From NCBI GenBank assembly GCA_963695855.1, contig CAVOHZ010000010.1, positions 1,696,001 to 1,760,000 on the forward strand: a stretch of DNA of 64,000 bases, read 5' to 3'. The notes under the pieces are model-generated. The model was not told where the DNA came from and did not search any database. It was given only the letters and a program-made list of their open reading frames with translations. Position 1 is the first letter of the stretch. Every line of letters starts with the position of its first letter. This document shows, piece after piece, positions 43,470 to 54,927 of this stretch. This stretch comes from an uncultured Nitrososphaerales archaeon (GTDB lineage Archaea; Thermoproteota; Nitrososphaeria; Nitrososphaerales; Nitrososphaeraceae). Made by a program: the position numbers and the translations under genes.

Positions 43470-45287
43470 TCATTCAAGTTCTTTCTCTTGTTTGCTTACA
43501 TTGCTTAATGGTATGGTAAAATAGAATACTGCTCCACCTCTATGATCTTTATCATTGTTCTCTGCCCATATCTTTCCACCATGAGCTTCAATTATGTTTT
43601 TTGAAATATACAATCCTAATCCTATTCCTTGAAAGGATGTTGTGATAAACTTTGAAAATAACTTTGGAAATATTTCTGAATCTATCCCTTCGCCTGTATC
43701 CCTTACAGTTACCATGGCATATCTTTCATCCATTTTCTCGGCATTAACAAATATCTCTCCTTCTTTAGTAAATTTTATGGCATTACTTATAAGGTTAGAA
43801 ATTACTTGACTAATTCTTTCTTTATCTGCCTCCACGATTAAAGTTTCTTTAGCTGTTTTAGAAAATAACTTGATATTCTGCCTACCGTCATCTTCTATCA
43901 GTGTACAATAGTCATTTACGACGGTTGATAATAGATCATTTAAATTGAAAGGTTCCTTTTCCAAATTTAGTGATTTGCTTTCAATTCTAGTGACATCCAA
44001 TATTTCGCTAGATAGTCTTTGAAGTCTAGTGGCATTTCGTTGTATCCCTTCTATGAACTGTTCTTGTTTTTCAGGATGCATTGACAACAGCTGTGAAAAA
44101 TTTAGAATAGATTGAGTTGGTGTTCTTAATTCATGTGCAGCTACATTGATAAATTCTTTTTGCATCGTATCATTCTTTTGCAAATCTTCATTTGCGCTTA
44201 AAAGTGCTTTATTAGATTCTTCCAGTTGTGCTGTTCTATGCTTTACTTCTTTATCGAGATTCCTGTTCCATTTTACAAGAAATATTATTAGAATAATGAC
44301 TGCCAATGTAAATGCCAAAATTAATGAAAATAGTTTTACTCTTTCTAAAAAAAGAGCCTGTTCTATAGAAGAATAGATTGATTCTATAGGACTTATAACA
44401 AAAACGAAATAGCTAGGTTCTCCTTGTAATAGAATTGGTTGACCAGTGTTCAATCTTTCACCACTTCCAAAATTATATACGGCAAAATCTTCAGATAAAT
44501 TATTTGAGAAGACCTTACGATAATAATCATTTTGAATATCATTAAAATTAAAGAATGATTGAACTTTATCACCAAAAAAATTTTCACCAAATAATTGTGC
44601 CCTAGGAGTAGCAATATAATTTGCATTTCTATCATAAGCCACCAAGAAGCTTGAATTTATATTGTTAATATTTCCATAATGGGCAAAAAAATCCTTGCTA
44701 GGTATCTCAACCCCGATAAGACCAATATACCGACCATCTTCTCTATTTATTATTGGAGCTATTAATGAAATTTTGTATTTATCATCCATTCCCTTGTAAC
44801 CATCAGAAAAGATAGGTTTTAATTTACTTTTTACCTGTTGAACATACTCTCTAAAGGAGATATCTATATTTACAAAGCTTCTTTGCCCCTCTGATACTAT
44901 GTTATAGGTCATTATATCATCACTATCAGCAATAAAAAGTCCATCGACTTTGGTAATGGCAGCAATATCTCTAAATTTCTCATTAAATAATTTTTCAATC
45001 CTCTCTCCATATAATTCGCCTTGTTGTAAATATATAGAATCAGTCAGTCCTTGGAGAATTGACATTATTAATTTTAGATCAGAGCTAATATGTTCCGCCA
45101 TAACTTTAGTGGATTCAATCTGTTCATCTCTTTGTTGTAAAAACATTTCATTCTTTATATTTTCCTCAGCAATCTTTTCCTGATAATAAAACAAACTATA
45201 AGATATGATAATTATCAAAATCATAGAAATAATACTTAATTTACTTTTATTATCGGAAAGAAAACGAAGAGATGAAATTAGTGTCAT
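43470..45287 (-). CDS. Membrane sensor histidine kinase (Cache-type extracellular domain, HisKA, HATPase)
   Basis: Two TM helices, H box AAHELRTP, N box NLISNAIKF, DTGEGI, GLGLYIS. Confidence 0.93.
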   Translation of the reverse strand: MTLISSLRFLSDNKSKLSIISMILIIIISYSLFYYQEKIAEENIKNEMFLQQRDEQIESTKVMAEHISSDLKLIMSILQGLTDSIYLQQGELYGERIEKLFNEKFRDIAAITKVDGLFIADSDDIMTYNIVSEGQRSFVNIDISFREYVQQVKSKLKPIFSDGYKGMDDKYKISLIAPIINREDGRYIGLIGVEIPSKDFFAHYGNINNINSSFLVAYDRNANYIATPRAQLFGENFFGDKVQSFFNFNDIQNDYYRKVFSNNLSEDFAVYNFGSGERLNTGQPILLQGEPSYFVFVISPIESIYSSIEQALFLERVKLFSLILAFTLAVIILIIFLVKWNRNLDKEVKHRTAQLEESNKALLSANEDLQKNDTMQKEFINVAAHELRTPTQSILNFSQLLSMHPEKQEQFIEGIQRNATRLQRLSSEILDVTRIESKSLNLEKEPFNLNDLLSTVVNDYCTLIEDDGRQNIKLFSKTAKETLIVEADKERISQVISNLISNAIKFTKEGEIFVNAEKMDERYAMVTVRDTGEGIDSEIFPKLFSKFITTSFQGIGLGLYISKNIIEAHGGKIWAENNDKDHRGGAVFYFTIPLSNVSKQEKELE

Positions 45288-46366
45288 TATTTTAATATTT
45301 CAGGTACTACGATTTTTCCGTCAATTATATCTTGTTTTAATTGTTGTATTCTAGTTTTTACATTTTCAGGAACAATCTTATCTAAACTATGGAATGAGGA
45401 TATATAGACAACACCATCACCTGCTGCCCCTTTGTTCATCTCCAAACCAGGTTTAAATATTTGTCCAGAAAAATTTCCATATTGGACCATATTAATAACA
45501 CTATCTAACGATTTTTCCACATCTAAAATAAATGAACTAAGAACATTGTTGGGAGCCAATTTATTTTGATCGGATACCGCTCCAAATACATATATTCCTC
45601 GTGTCTTAGCAGCTTCAATAACTCCATGACCAGATGTGTCTGCTACTTGCAGTAAAAAATCTGCTCCTTTGTTTATTAAATCATTTGCTGACTTTTTCCC
45701 TTTAATTGGATTGTCCCAGTCGTCTAAATAGATATCAAGTACTGTGATATTAGGATCAACATAAGCGGCTCCTCTCTTATAGCCTTCATATATATTTATT
45801 ATATTTGGATATTTTTCTCCACCTATAAAACCAATTACCTTCGTCTTTGACATCATTGCTGCTAATGCTCCTAACAAATATGTTCCTTCTTGCTGCATTG
45901 GAAAAATGGATGCAACATTCGAAGAATTAACTAGACCTGTAAAAACTATAAATTTTGTATCAGGATAGTCTTTGGCAACCTTAATTGTGGGATCCCCCCA
46001 TTCAAATCCATGGGATATAATCAAATCATAATTTTTACTTGCATAATCTCTCAAAGTCATTTCTATATTAGGAATATCAACATTTTCTTTAAAGTTTATT
46101 TCATGACCATATCTTAAATTTAATAATTGTACCGAATTATACCCAAAAGCTGCCCATCCTGCATCACTGAACAAACCGTCGGTTAATAAAGCAATTTTTA
46201 GCTTTGAATCCGAAATATTCGTTGTTACATTTAATGAAGAAATGCTCAATGACTTGGTAATATTATCGGTATCAGTAATGCCATAAACAAAATGAAATAC
46301 TGTAAAAAATCCTATAGATATAACAAGTATCCCTGAAATTAAAACTATGGCAAACCTGTTATACAT
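45287..46366 (-). CDS. BMP-family (PnrA/Med-like) substrate-binding protein
   Basis: D.GW...GY, YDLIISHGFEW, EGTYLLGALAAMMSKT..IGFIGG, SDQN.LAP; stop overlaps the kinase start (TAATG). Confidence 0.88.
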   Translation of the reverse strand: MYNRFAIVLISGILVISIGFFTVFHFVYGITDTDNITKSLSISSLNVTTNISDSKLKIALLTDGLFSDAGWAAFGYNSVQLLNLRYGHEINFKENVDIPNIEMTLRDYASKNYDLIISHGFEWGDPTIKVAKDYPDTKFIVFTGLVNSSNVASIFPMQQEGTYLLGALAAMMSKTKVIGFIGGEKYPNIINIYEGYKRGAAYVDPNITVLDIYLDDWDNPIKGKKSANDLINKGADFLLQVADTSGHGVIEAAKTRGIYVFGAVSDQNKLAPNNVLSSFILDVEKSLDSVINMVQYGNFSGQIFKPGLEMNKGAAGDGVVYISSFHSLDKIVPENVKTRIQQLKQDIIDGKIVVPEILK

Positions 46367-46734
46367 ATATTATTACTTAGTCAAGCAACAATATTCTTTA
46401 TTAAGATTACAAGTAATTATTAATAGTTAATTTAACAAAGAAATAAGATGAGTCTATTTCATAAAAATTTCATAAAATTATCTTTTATTTTTTTTAACTT
46501 TTAGCTTTTTAAAACATATTGTTTTGCATTTTGAATTCAAAGAACCAGATTTTTATCTTTTATTCTTTTTTCAGCCATTTTGAACTAAAATTGAATATTG
46601 AGCATGAAAAAAATGTAAAAAAGAACCTAAAGTGAGATGTAGTATAGACAGTTTCAGTAGTTATTATATTCTTATTCTTGTCATAAAATATAGTGTTACA
46701 AAATGTCTTTTGTATTGATACTCATAACACAATT

Positions 46735-47025
46735 CTAATTCAAATGTTCAATAGCCTTTTTTAAATCTTCAAATACCATTACTGGATGAAATTCAACTTT
46801 GGCTCCTAAATCCTGAAATAAGGGTTCTGCTATTGATGGTATCATATCAGCACTTTCGATGTTAATGATAAATGCAAAGGTTCTATCACCACCTGCTTCA
46901 AAGAAATATGCTGCTTCTGCCTTCACCTTCTGTATGTAATTCTCAAGTTCTTGTAAGAATTTTGGATTTTTTACCAGCTTGTTGCCTGCTTCTGTTGGTA
47001 TCTGTGCTCTAACTAAAAATCTCAT
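46735..47025 (-). CDS. Small conserved ferredoxin-like-fold hypothetical (GYD/DUF3303-like)
   Basis: EAAYF....G.RT...EPLFQ.L.AKVEFHPVM..EDL. Confidence 0.65.
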   Translation of the reverse strand: MRFLVRAQIPTEAGNKLVKNPKFLQELENYIQKVKAEAAYFFEAGGDRTFAFIINIESADMIPSIAEPLFQDLGAKVEFHPVMVFEDLKKAIEHLN

Positions 47026-47199
47026 ATGTTGTTTCTAATAATATTATGTCTCTTTAAACTTTCTATAGTTAAGTTAACGTAATGAAATGAATTATTAAAT
47101 TTATATGATTATTCCAAAAATTATTAAAAATCTACTTTACGATTATAAATAATAGTTTTGTATAGTAGTACAGATATGTGATTAGTTCTAGCTCTTCTT

Positions 47200-47440
47200 G
47201 TTCTGTTGAAGAGAGGAGATCATTAAATACAATCTCAAAAAAAATGATGTTGAACTTGGATTAACAAATTATAGATATGGCAATTGTTGCACTAATAAAA
47301 TAGCTAAATCTTGCGAAACCGATTGTTTTACAATGGTTATTATTCAATCATTACTTGAACCTAACGAAACATCTGCTGTGGTGCTAGAAGCATCAAATTG
47401 AGTTGGGACTGGATTGTTACCGTCATCTTGATAAGAAGTT
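47200..47440 (-). pseudogene. Relic of the Ig-like domain found in 60313..61392
   Basis: Reads QDDGNNPVPTQFDASSTTADVSLG vs QVTGNNPNPSEQFPSSTSGTVVTLDPG. Confidence 0.5.
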
Positions 47441-47679
47441 GATGTTCCTCTCTTCTTAATGTATAATAAGACATAACCCTCAGTTTTATATTGTCAAAGT
47501 ATGATCATGTCAATAGAATTGAAAATAAATAGATATTATTCTAAATGCTTTATTTTGTTTATATCTAGCCAGTCACAGGGTCTATAAATTATAAATAATA
47601 TACACTTTGTTTATATCATTGTAGAACCTTTTTTTACCTAGACTTTGACCTAGACTAAAGTGTATCTAACTATTTTTTA

Positions 47680-48625
47680 CCTCAAGCTTCATGAGATTCG
47701 GTTCAATCTACGATATTGTGATAAAACGCAATTATCCTAACATAAAACTAGAAAAATGCGCAATTAACAGAGAATATGGATAGCCCTAGTGAATGTACAA
47801 ATGCTTGAAGAAAGAAACAAAGAAAGAATGAAAGATTATCAGTCTCTATCCAGAAACACCAGAATACCAGGAATTAAATACAAAGGACATAACAAGTACT
47901 GATATCACATACCACCGCTTTGCTCTTCTATCATATATCTAAACATGGTAAAGACATCAGACCATATGGCTGCAGACATAATTAGAGAAGATAATTATCA
48001 CCAGAAATTCTGAAAGTTATGCTGCAAATATCTCAGATACTTTGATAAAGTAGTAGAGTAGACCAAAATACAGAAAAGCTGGATGTTTTCTAATTTTCTA
48101 TTATCTTAAATAATGTAAAATAAATCTCAAAAATGTAAAATAATGACATTTTTAGCTTTAACGTAATACTATGAAAGTTTGTAGAAAAATCCAGAGTATT
48201 TATGCCACATAGTTTCCAAATATCCAAGTAACTATGATAAGGTGATAGAGGAGGGGGAGCTTTTGGTATATATGTGGTCTTTAATTGGTGTTTTGTGCCC
48301 GATACCACAAAAATGCATTAGATGATATAACAAAAATCGCAAAAACTGAAGACAATGGTAGACCTAGAATTGATTCTCATAATGAAGATAATATAATCTA
48401 GTGATATCGTTCCAAAAGTCAGAGAATGATATTCTAAAGATGTATTCAAGTTGTTGAGCTACTGAAGATAAATGGAAGACCAGTTATCCCAAATAACAAC
48501 TTTATCATACATACAACATCATAACGAGATCACTTTTTTCTATGCATCTTCATGCTCAAGAAACAAAGTCTATGATAACAAGGATTGAAACAAAACAAGC
48601 AGTCAAGCTCTAGCGGAATTCAACT
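47680..48625 (+). pseudogene. Heavily decayed transposase-like relic
   Basis: Purine-rich coding-like fragments broken by stops, ending at GCGGAATTCAACT; family not assignable by eye. Confidence 0.25.
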
Positions 48626-49180
48626 ATTATCATTTTTTATTTTACGAATATTGAAAAAACAATGTCTTTTAATAATTGTTTGAAATACTAACATTGAAAA
48701 GCAAACAAGAGTTCAAGTCTATAATCATTAATGAATAAATCCTAAGATCAAATATAATTGTAAATATCAATATAGAATTTTATAATATTTTTAGTTTTTA
48801 GTATAGTTGATAATTCCTGAGTATACCGTGGTTTGTAAGAATATCACTAGAGTAATAAGGTTTTATTGTTATTCTTGTGATTACATGGCTTTTACATTTT
48901 TGCATTCTAGTAGAAGCTCATTAAAAATAAAAAGAATAGTCATCGTTTTTTATGGTCGTTTTCATTGTTGTTATTATTATGATTGGATTTCAAACATAAC
49001 CGGAAATCACTACCCAACGAGGTGGAAAGTTCCAAGTAATCTTATTTGTATTTTACCAAATACCTGAAGGTAAGAGGAATGAAGAAGTTAAGATAAGTTT
49101 GTTCATTAAATCGAAAAAACAAATAACAGTATAAAAAAACGGGCTATTCATATAGTATGAAGACTAATAAAGAGTAAATA

Positions 49181-49450
49181 ATGAAGACAGAATTCAGTTA
49201 TCATTATTTGTCATATTGTTTTTCTGTTTTCTTTCCCTTTTTCTCTATGTTTTTATTATCAGTCCATGGTGAATTTGAACAAGAAGAAGACTATTCAAAC
49301 ATGGACATATACGGAAACATATTTTACAACAATATCGAGGACGAAATCTTGGACATCGAACCTCCTGTTCCAATGAATACCACAGAACTGATAGAAATAG
49401 GAAAGAATATTACAATTATCCACAATCCTTCTAGTGAAAAATATTTTTAA
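49181..49450 (+). CDS. Small secreted hypothetical protein
   Basis: Hydrophobic N-terminus, acidic tail. Confidence 0.4.
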   Translation: MKTEFSYHYLSYCFSVFFPFFSMFLLSVHGEFEQEEDYSNMDIYGNIFYNNIEDEILDIEPPVPMNTTELIEIGKNITIIHNPSSEKYF

Positions 49451-49913
49451 TATCTATCTGTAGTTAATTGTTACTGTTGGTATACAATGGTGGTAGGTTA
49501 ACAAAATACAATCAGATTCCTAAGAAGGGGGCGGCCGATTTCTATGATTATTGAGTAGGAAACTAACGAAAGGATAAAAAGGAATACACATAGTAGAGAG
49601 ACTTATGACGAAATTTTGATTACATTTTTAGACTATTCTGAGAAATATAACAGTCCAAAATTTCATTATGATTAGTTAATTAATTTAAAGAAAAAAAGAA
49701 AAGTAAAATAATATTAAAATTTACAAATTGGTGACTTTGTTGAAATTAAAAAAAAAGAATGGCAAAATTGTAATAGAGAAAATGAAAAATGAAAAATAAT
49801 ATTGTTGATTCAACTATTACAAACGAGATCTCATACTATAACTGTGGATGTTCTATTCTAATGAATTTGACAAGCATTTATTAGAGGTAGAACATGCACT
49901 GCTAAATCTATTT

Positions 49914-50116
49914 CCTTAAATTAACACAGTCTTTAAAACACTAAAATGCTCCAATTGTATCTCCATCTCAAACTATAAAGAATTCTCTACTCTATTTTAG
50001 GCTCTGTTAAGTTAAGGAAAATTTATGAAATAAATTGAAAAATTCTTTTGAAATTGAGCATAGAACATAATATAAAAGTAGAATATACACATTACTTTAT
50101 CCTTAAGTTAACATCT
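49914..50116. mobile_element. IS6-like terminal repeat remnants / possible MITE
   Basis: GGCTCTGTTAAGTTAAGG (50000-50017) with inverted copies CCTTAAATTAACACAGTC (49914-49931) and CCTTAAGTTAACA (50101-50113). Confidence 0.5.
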
Positions 50117-50284
50117 ATGAAAATCTCTATCTGTATCAGGTCATCCTTATGTTCCTGTTAAGCGTAATATTCTATTATAATTCATCATATTAAAAATTAT
50201 CTAAAATAGCATATGCTATACTTGTTACTTTCCCTTGATTTTGCTTTTTTTCATTCTTTTTTTATTTTATTTTCTTTTTTTTAT

Positions 50285-50525
50285 GTCGGCTAACAGGCGG
50301 CAAACATCTATTCACCTTCTTTATGAGGTAGTAGTATAGCCGCTCGGATATTGGTTCAGTCAGAGCCTCACTCTCGTACGGAGTATGTTAACTTTGAACC
50401 TAGCCTGAATACAGAAGGGATTGGTACCCAATAAAGATTTTCATATAGTCAGGGCCCTATTTTAGGTGGTACCAAGTAGTTTGAAACTGGTGATCCATGA
50501 TGATGAATTATTAACCATCTTTTCT
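50285..50525 (+). ncRNA. Candidate structured ncRNA, possibly an orphan IS110-family non-coding end (strand uncertain)
   Basis: GC-richer ORF-free island with stems GCGGC/GCCGC, GGTTCA/TGAACC, ACTC/GAGT and interleaved GCCTGA/TCAGGGC plus TTGGTACC/GGTACCAA. Confidence 0.45.
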
Positions 50526-50762
50526 GGTTATTATCATATTCATATATGTTCGTTGCAACTACACCAGATCATCAATAGGACATAACAACCTCAATATATT
50601 ATGAACATTATCGCCTAATACCATTTTATATATAGGCGATGCCAATAACGCCAAATCAATCAAGACAAAAATTTTTTATTATTTATCTTGTTGTGATTAG
50701 TAGCATTATCGCTAGAGTAATAGACTAAATTAACTAGTTTAAATATGTTAAAAAATTTAGGG

Positions 50763-51377
50763 TTATGATGATGATTGTAGTTCAATTATCCCCAAATCTG
50801 AGAGGCATTGTAGTATAGTTTGTTGAGTCTCAAGAGATATATCTGCGAATGTTAGTGTAGTCTCAAAACCTTCTAATTTATCCTCATTTGGAATGGCAGG
50901 ATTGCTTAGTTGTTCACAAAACTGTCCAACTGTTGTTCCCTCGTTGTCAACTGTTGTTCCCTCGTTGTCAGAAAGTTTAGAAAGAGCATCCTTTAGGGCT
51001 TGTGTTTGTTCATTTATATTGACACTTACATATATTTACCAGATTCTTGTCCAAGTTTATTCTATCTCCTAAACCGTTGCCATTTACACTGTCAGGACTA
51101 TCTTCAGTTCTCTCTAGTTCATTTGCTGCTATGTCATCCTGTGGAGTCTCAGTAATATCTATACCATTGACATTTACGTTCTTATTCAAACAACTAATTT
51201 CTGTATATTTACATCAGATGATTTTGAATCAGGGTATGTCTTATAATGATCATTTCCATAATGAAAATCGTATATTTTTGCCTGTGCATTTGTAGTTAGT
51301 GATGCGTTAATAATCAATAGACTTCCGGTGAATATTGTTACTGATAAAGGCCCTTAAACTAGTTTATTATTGATCAT
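50763..51377 (-). pseudogene. Decayed paralog of the secreted proteins at 59335 and 60313
   Basis: Signal peptide with internal stop, NAQAKIY, NKNVNVNGIDITETPQDD, DRINLDKNLVNICVSVNINEQ; 21-bp tandem duplication at 50927-50968. Confidence 0.8.
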
Positions 51378-51550
51378 GGGTTCTATAATTCTATTAAGAT
51401 ATTTCTGACGTTTCGAGAATTATTATTTGAAAATTTCGAATTTCAAACTTCAGAAATAATGATAGTACAAAGAATAGCGATTGATGTTAAGGTAGAAAGT
51501 ATTTACTCATATAGATAAAGATTAAAATAAAAAATAAAAAAATTTGAACT

Positions 51551-51994
51551 TCAGAACATTACAATATGACCTGACTCATTACTTAATGTTATTCCTGGAT
51601 AGTCTATCACGGATCCATTTGGTACAGGAGTAAGAAATTCATCTGAGGCATCAAATACCTCTACATTTGCAGTAGTAATTGTCCATCGTGAATTTGTAGT
51701 TGATTCCCTGCGAAGATATATTTTATGCCTATTTACTTTCTCGATTGGGCTACCTCCTGACATATGCTGTCCACTTCTTGGGTCATTTAATTCCGGATCT
51801 TCAACATTGCTATTACTTCCAAATCTTAACTCTTGTTTTTTATTTTTTTCATGAAAGGGATTTTCAGCATGATCACCTTGTCTTCTACACCTAAATTCCC
51901 TACCTCCAATGCCAAGAAATACTCGCTCATTACTATCTATATCTTCATCTCCTGTCGTTACGGTAAGAATTATGTGATCTACCAAAGCTACCAT
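51551..51994 (-). CDS. Hypothetical protein, PLAT/LH2-like beta-sandwich
   Basis: LTVTTGD....S.ERVFLGIGGREF and W.IT...VEV pattern. Confidence 0.5.
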   Translation of the reverse strand: MVALVDHIILTVTTGDEDIDSNERVFLGIGGREFRCRRQGDHAENPFHEKNKKQELRFGSNSNVEDPELNDPRSGQHMSGGSPIEKVNRHKIYLRRESTTNSRWTITTANVEVFDASDEFLTPVPNGSVIDYPGITLSNESGHIVMF

Positions 51995-52382
51995 TATTAT
52001 TATATATTTATTATAAGGTTTTTAAATATGATCTTTTAGGTATAAATTAAACTCTTAAATTATATCACATGAAAATTTTTTGATGTCGAAGTTAAAAAAA
52101 CAACTAGATAATAGTAAAAATAATTATCCTAATTTTAATTTTAATTCTTTAGATGAAAATGCTATCTTGAATCTACTAAAATATGATTCTGTTATATCTT
52201 TTGATGATCTAGTTTCGAAATTAAATATAAACAATCCCAGATTATAATTGATACTCTTACAAAATTAATTGAAGATGAAATTATACTACTAAAACAGGAA
52301 GACGATACGTTGTATTTTAGTCTTAAATATAAATAGAAAAATATTATTTTAGAGATAAATTGGATATAAAATACCATTTTTG

Positions 52383-53060
52383 TCATTTAATTATTTTGAA
52401 TTCATCTAAAACTTCTCCGTCATTGGAATAGTATTTACCTATTAACGTATTTCCGTTATAATCTACATCGACGTTTAAAAATCCATAGCTGGAATCTTGC
52501 TGGTATACGATATAAGGTTCCTCGTTGGTAAAAGGATCAAAATTAACTCCACCAGTTCCTACAATAATTTGAAACATTCCTTTATGGGGTGTGTATTCAG
52601 TTTTGCCGTTATCGTTAATAATTGGTTGTGATTGATGGATTTATTTTATTATAAGATAGAGGATATGTTCTTTGATAATTATGGGCATGACCACTAAACA
52701 GTATATCTACACCATATTTTTCAAATAGTGGATGGTATGTATCTCTCAATTTTTTTATTGGATCACAAGAGTCATGATCTCCGCAGAGTGAAGAATATTG
52801 TTGTCTATAAGTCATAACAATAATACACTTTATATCCGGATTTTTTGACGCCTGTGACAGATCTTTATCAACATATTCATATTGTTCTGTTTCTTCAACA
52901 TCTGAGAAACGATCTTCATCACCAACACTGTATGTAGATTTAGAAGACATCATTAGAAAATGGATATTTTTGTAATCAAATGAGTAATATGGATCGGATA
53001 ATCCAAAGTTTTCCATATATTGATTGAAAATGGTTGGCGTCATATAATCATGATATACTC
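52383..53060 (-). pseudogene. Purple acid phosphatase-like metallophosphoesterase, 5'-truncated and frameshifted
   Basis: YYSFDY.NIHF, LFEKYGVD..FSGHAHNYQRTYP, then IIVGTGG...YGFL in a second frame. Confidence 0.8.
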
Positions 53061-53211
53061 ATGTTATCTATACCGGCTTGTAAATACTCTATATATAAAT
53101 TTTTTAATATTTAATAATGTTATATAATAATAGTATATTAAATAAAAATATTCTATATATAAAATTTATTTAAGCAGTATTTAGACTTCTTTTGTGAAAC
53201 TTTAATGTGTT

Positions 53212-53282
53212 CATAAACTATCTACGAATTGAACGCCGGGGAGTGGACCTCGAACCTTCGTTCATCAGATGTAGATTCTACT
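53212..53282 (-). other. Degenerate tRNA 3'-end fragment flanked by inverted arms (att-like)
   Basis: CGCCGGGGAGTGGACCTCGAACC (53234-53256) preceded by ATAAAC...GAATTGAA as at 7114-7131; ATCTAC/GTAGAT inverted pair at 53220 and 53271. Confidence 0.55.
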
Positions 53283-53528
53283 TTCGAATATTAAAATATT
53301 CCTTTAATTAAAAGATTATAGTTAGATATACCCAATCATACACACCTTTTTATTAGAATAATTTTTTTATCTTATCGGAGTCTTTTATAGAAGAGTTACA
53401 TTATTTTTGCAATCTCGCTAGTATTCATAATGTTATATTTTAGTTATTAGTCTTTAGTCACCGAAATAACCATAAAAATACTTTATTATTAGTTAATTAT
53501 ATTAATTATTCTTGTTAGTAAAAGTAGT

Positions 53529-53578
53529 CATCTAGACATCATCTTATTATTAACATCTAGACATCATCTTATTATTAA
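53529..53578. repeat. 25-bp perfect tandem duplication upstream of the MEDS genes
   Basis: CATCTAGACATCATCTTATTATTAA x2. Confidence 0.9.
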
Positions 53579-53667
53579 CATCATTAACATCATTAATAAT
53601 TGATTTCTATAAAAATATATCAAAATTTGTGTAAAATCATCTAAATAAACTATAATAAGATTAAATA

Positions 53668-54927
53668 ATGTATTGTATAAAAGTCATTATTATCACTTTG
53701 TGCCCAATAACTCAGATTCAAGACAAAAGTCATATTTTAGGAATCTATTCTTCACCACAGAGAAAAATAGAAGATGGTTTAGAATATCTTAGAATTGGAT
53801 TTGAGGAAAAAAATGAAGCAATATTAATGATTACTAATGAACTAACTAAAAATGAACTTAGAAATGAAATAATAAAAAGATGGAAGATTTCTCCAAATAA
53901 ATTGGCAGACCTAGAAAAAAATTCCATTATAAACATCAAAAGTTCTACAGAAGTCTATTTTTCGACTAATAGAATAGATCGTGACAAGATTGGCAAACAG
54001 TTTTCTGATCTAACAAATAAAGCAATACAGAAACGAAAAAGAGGTCTAAGGGCATTTGGAGATGTCAAAATCTTTTTTGAAAGAGGATATGAAAAATATA
54101 TTATTGAATTTGAAAAATCATTTCCACCTTCATTTGATTTTCCAATGACGTCTATTTGTGCTTATGATTTAGATGATTTTGAAAAGTTAGATCATCGATC
54201 TAGAAAAATACTTTTTGATCATCACAACCTACATCTTACAAATAATCTATTTCGAAATATATTTGATGATTCATTTTCTCTTAGTCTGACTGAACATATT
54301 TGTATGTATTATGAGAACGAATTACAATCTCCTTCTTTTTCTGATTCTTTTGTAACTAGTCTATCACGATATCTTGGTGAAGGATTACTACACGATCAAT
54401 TATGTATTTATCTTTCTATGCATAATATGAAAAAAGATCATCCAAAAACAATACTATCACAACTTGCTAATCTAAAAAAGTCTCCAATAAAAAAAAAATT
54501 TATCGTAATTAAAAATAGTGATGATTATTACATCAATGCAGTACGTAACAATCTAAAACCATTTGAAGATTTAAAAAAAGAAATTTTTGAGAAAGCAATA
54601 GTAGGCAATAAAAAAGATATTAGAATAGTATGTGATATTCCAAATTTTCTATTTAGATATAAACATTTTGATCAGTGTATTGCTCTAGAAGAATGGTGGG
54701 ATCAAACAATAGAAGAATTGAATAAAAATCATGGATTAAATGTATCGTTATTATGTCTATATGATAGTAATAATTTTAAAAATATTCCTTTTAAATATCA
54801 TAGATATAGAATAAATGATATTCATAGTATTGTTTGTGATTCGGAGGGAATAGTACACTCAAAATATTCAAAATTTGATTCACTAACAAATAAGATGAAA
54901 AGTGAGAAAGGAGGAGAAGGAAGATAA
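53668..54927 (+). CDS. Tandem MEDS-domain sensory protein
   Basis: HILGIY...YLRIG...GLRAFGD...ICAYD and HICMYYE...LGEGL...LEEWW...LLCLY. Confidence 0.82.
   Translation: MYCIKVIIITLCPITQIQDKSHILGIYSSPQRKIEDGLEYLRIGFEEKNEAILMITNELTKNELRNEIIKRWKISPNKLADLEKNSIINIKSSTEVYFSTNRIDRDKIGKQFSDLTNKAIQKRKRGLRAFGDVKIFFERGYEKYIIEFEKSFPPSFDFPMTSICAYDLDDFEKLDHRSRKILFDHHNLHLTNNLFRNIFDDSFSLSLTEHICMYYENELQSPSFSDSFVTSLSRYLGEGLLHDQLCIYLSMHNMKKDHPKTILSQLANLKKSPIKKKFIVIKNSDDYYINAVRNNLKPFEDLKKEIFEKAIVGNKKDIRIVCDIPNFLFRYKHFDQCIALEEWWDQTIEELNKNHGLNVSLLCLYDSNNFKNIPFKYHRYRINDIHSIVCDSEGIVHSKYSKFDSLTNKMKSEKGGEGR

Noticed and set aside
49500-49680. Possible small antitoxin-like relic (RETYDEIL)
   Set aside because: Interrupted by stops and too short to support a call
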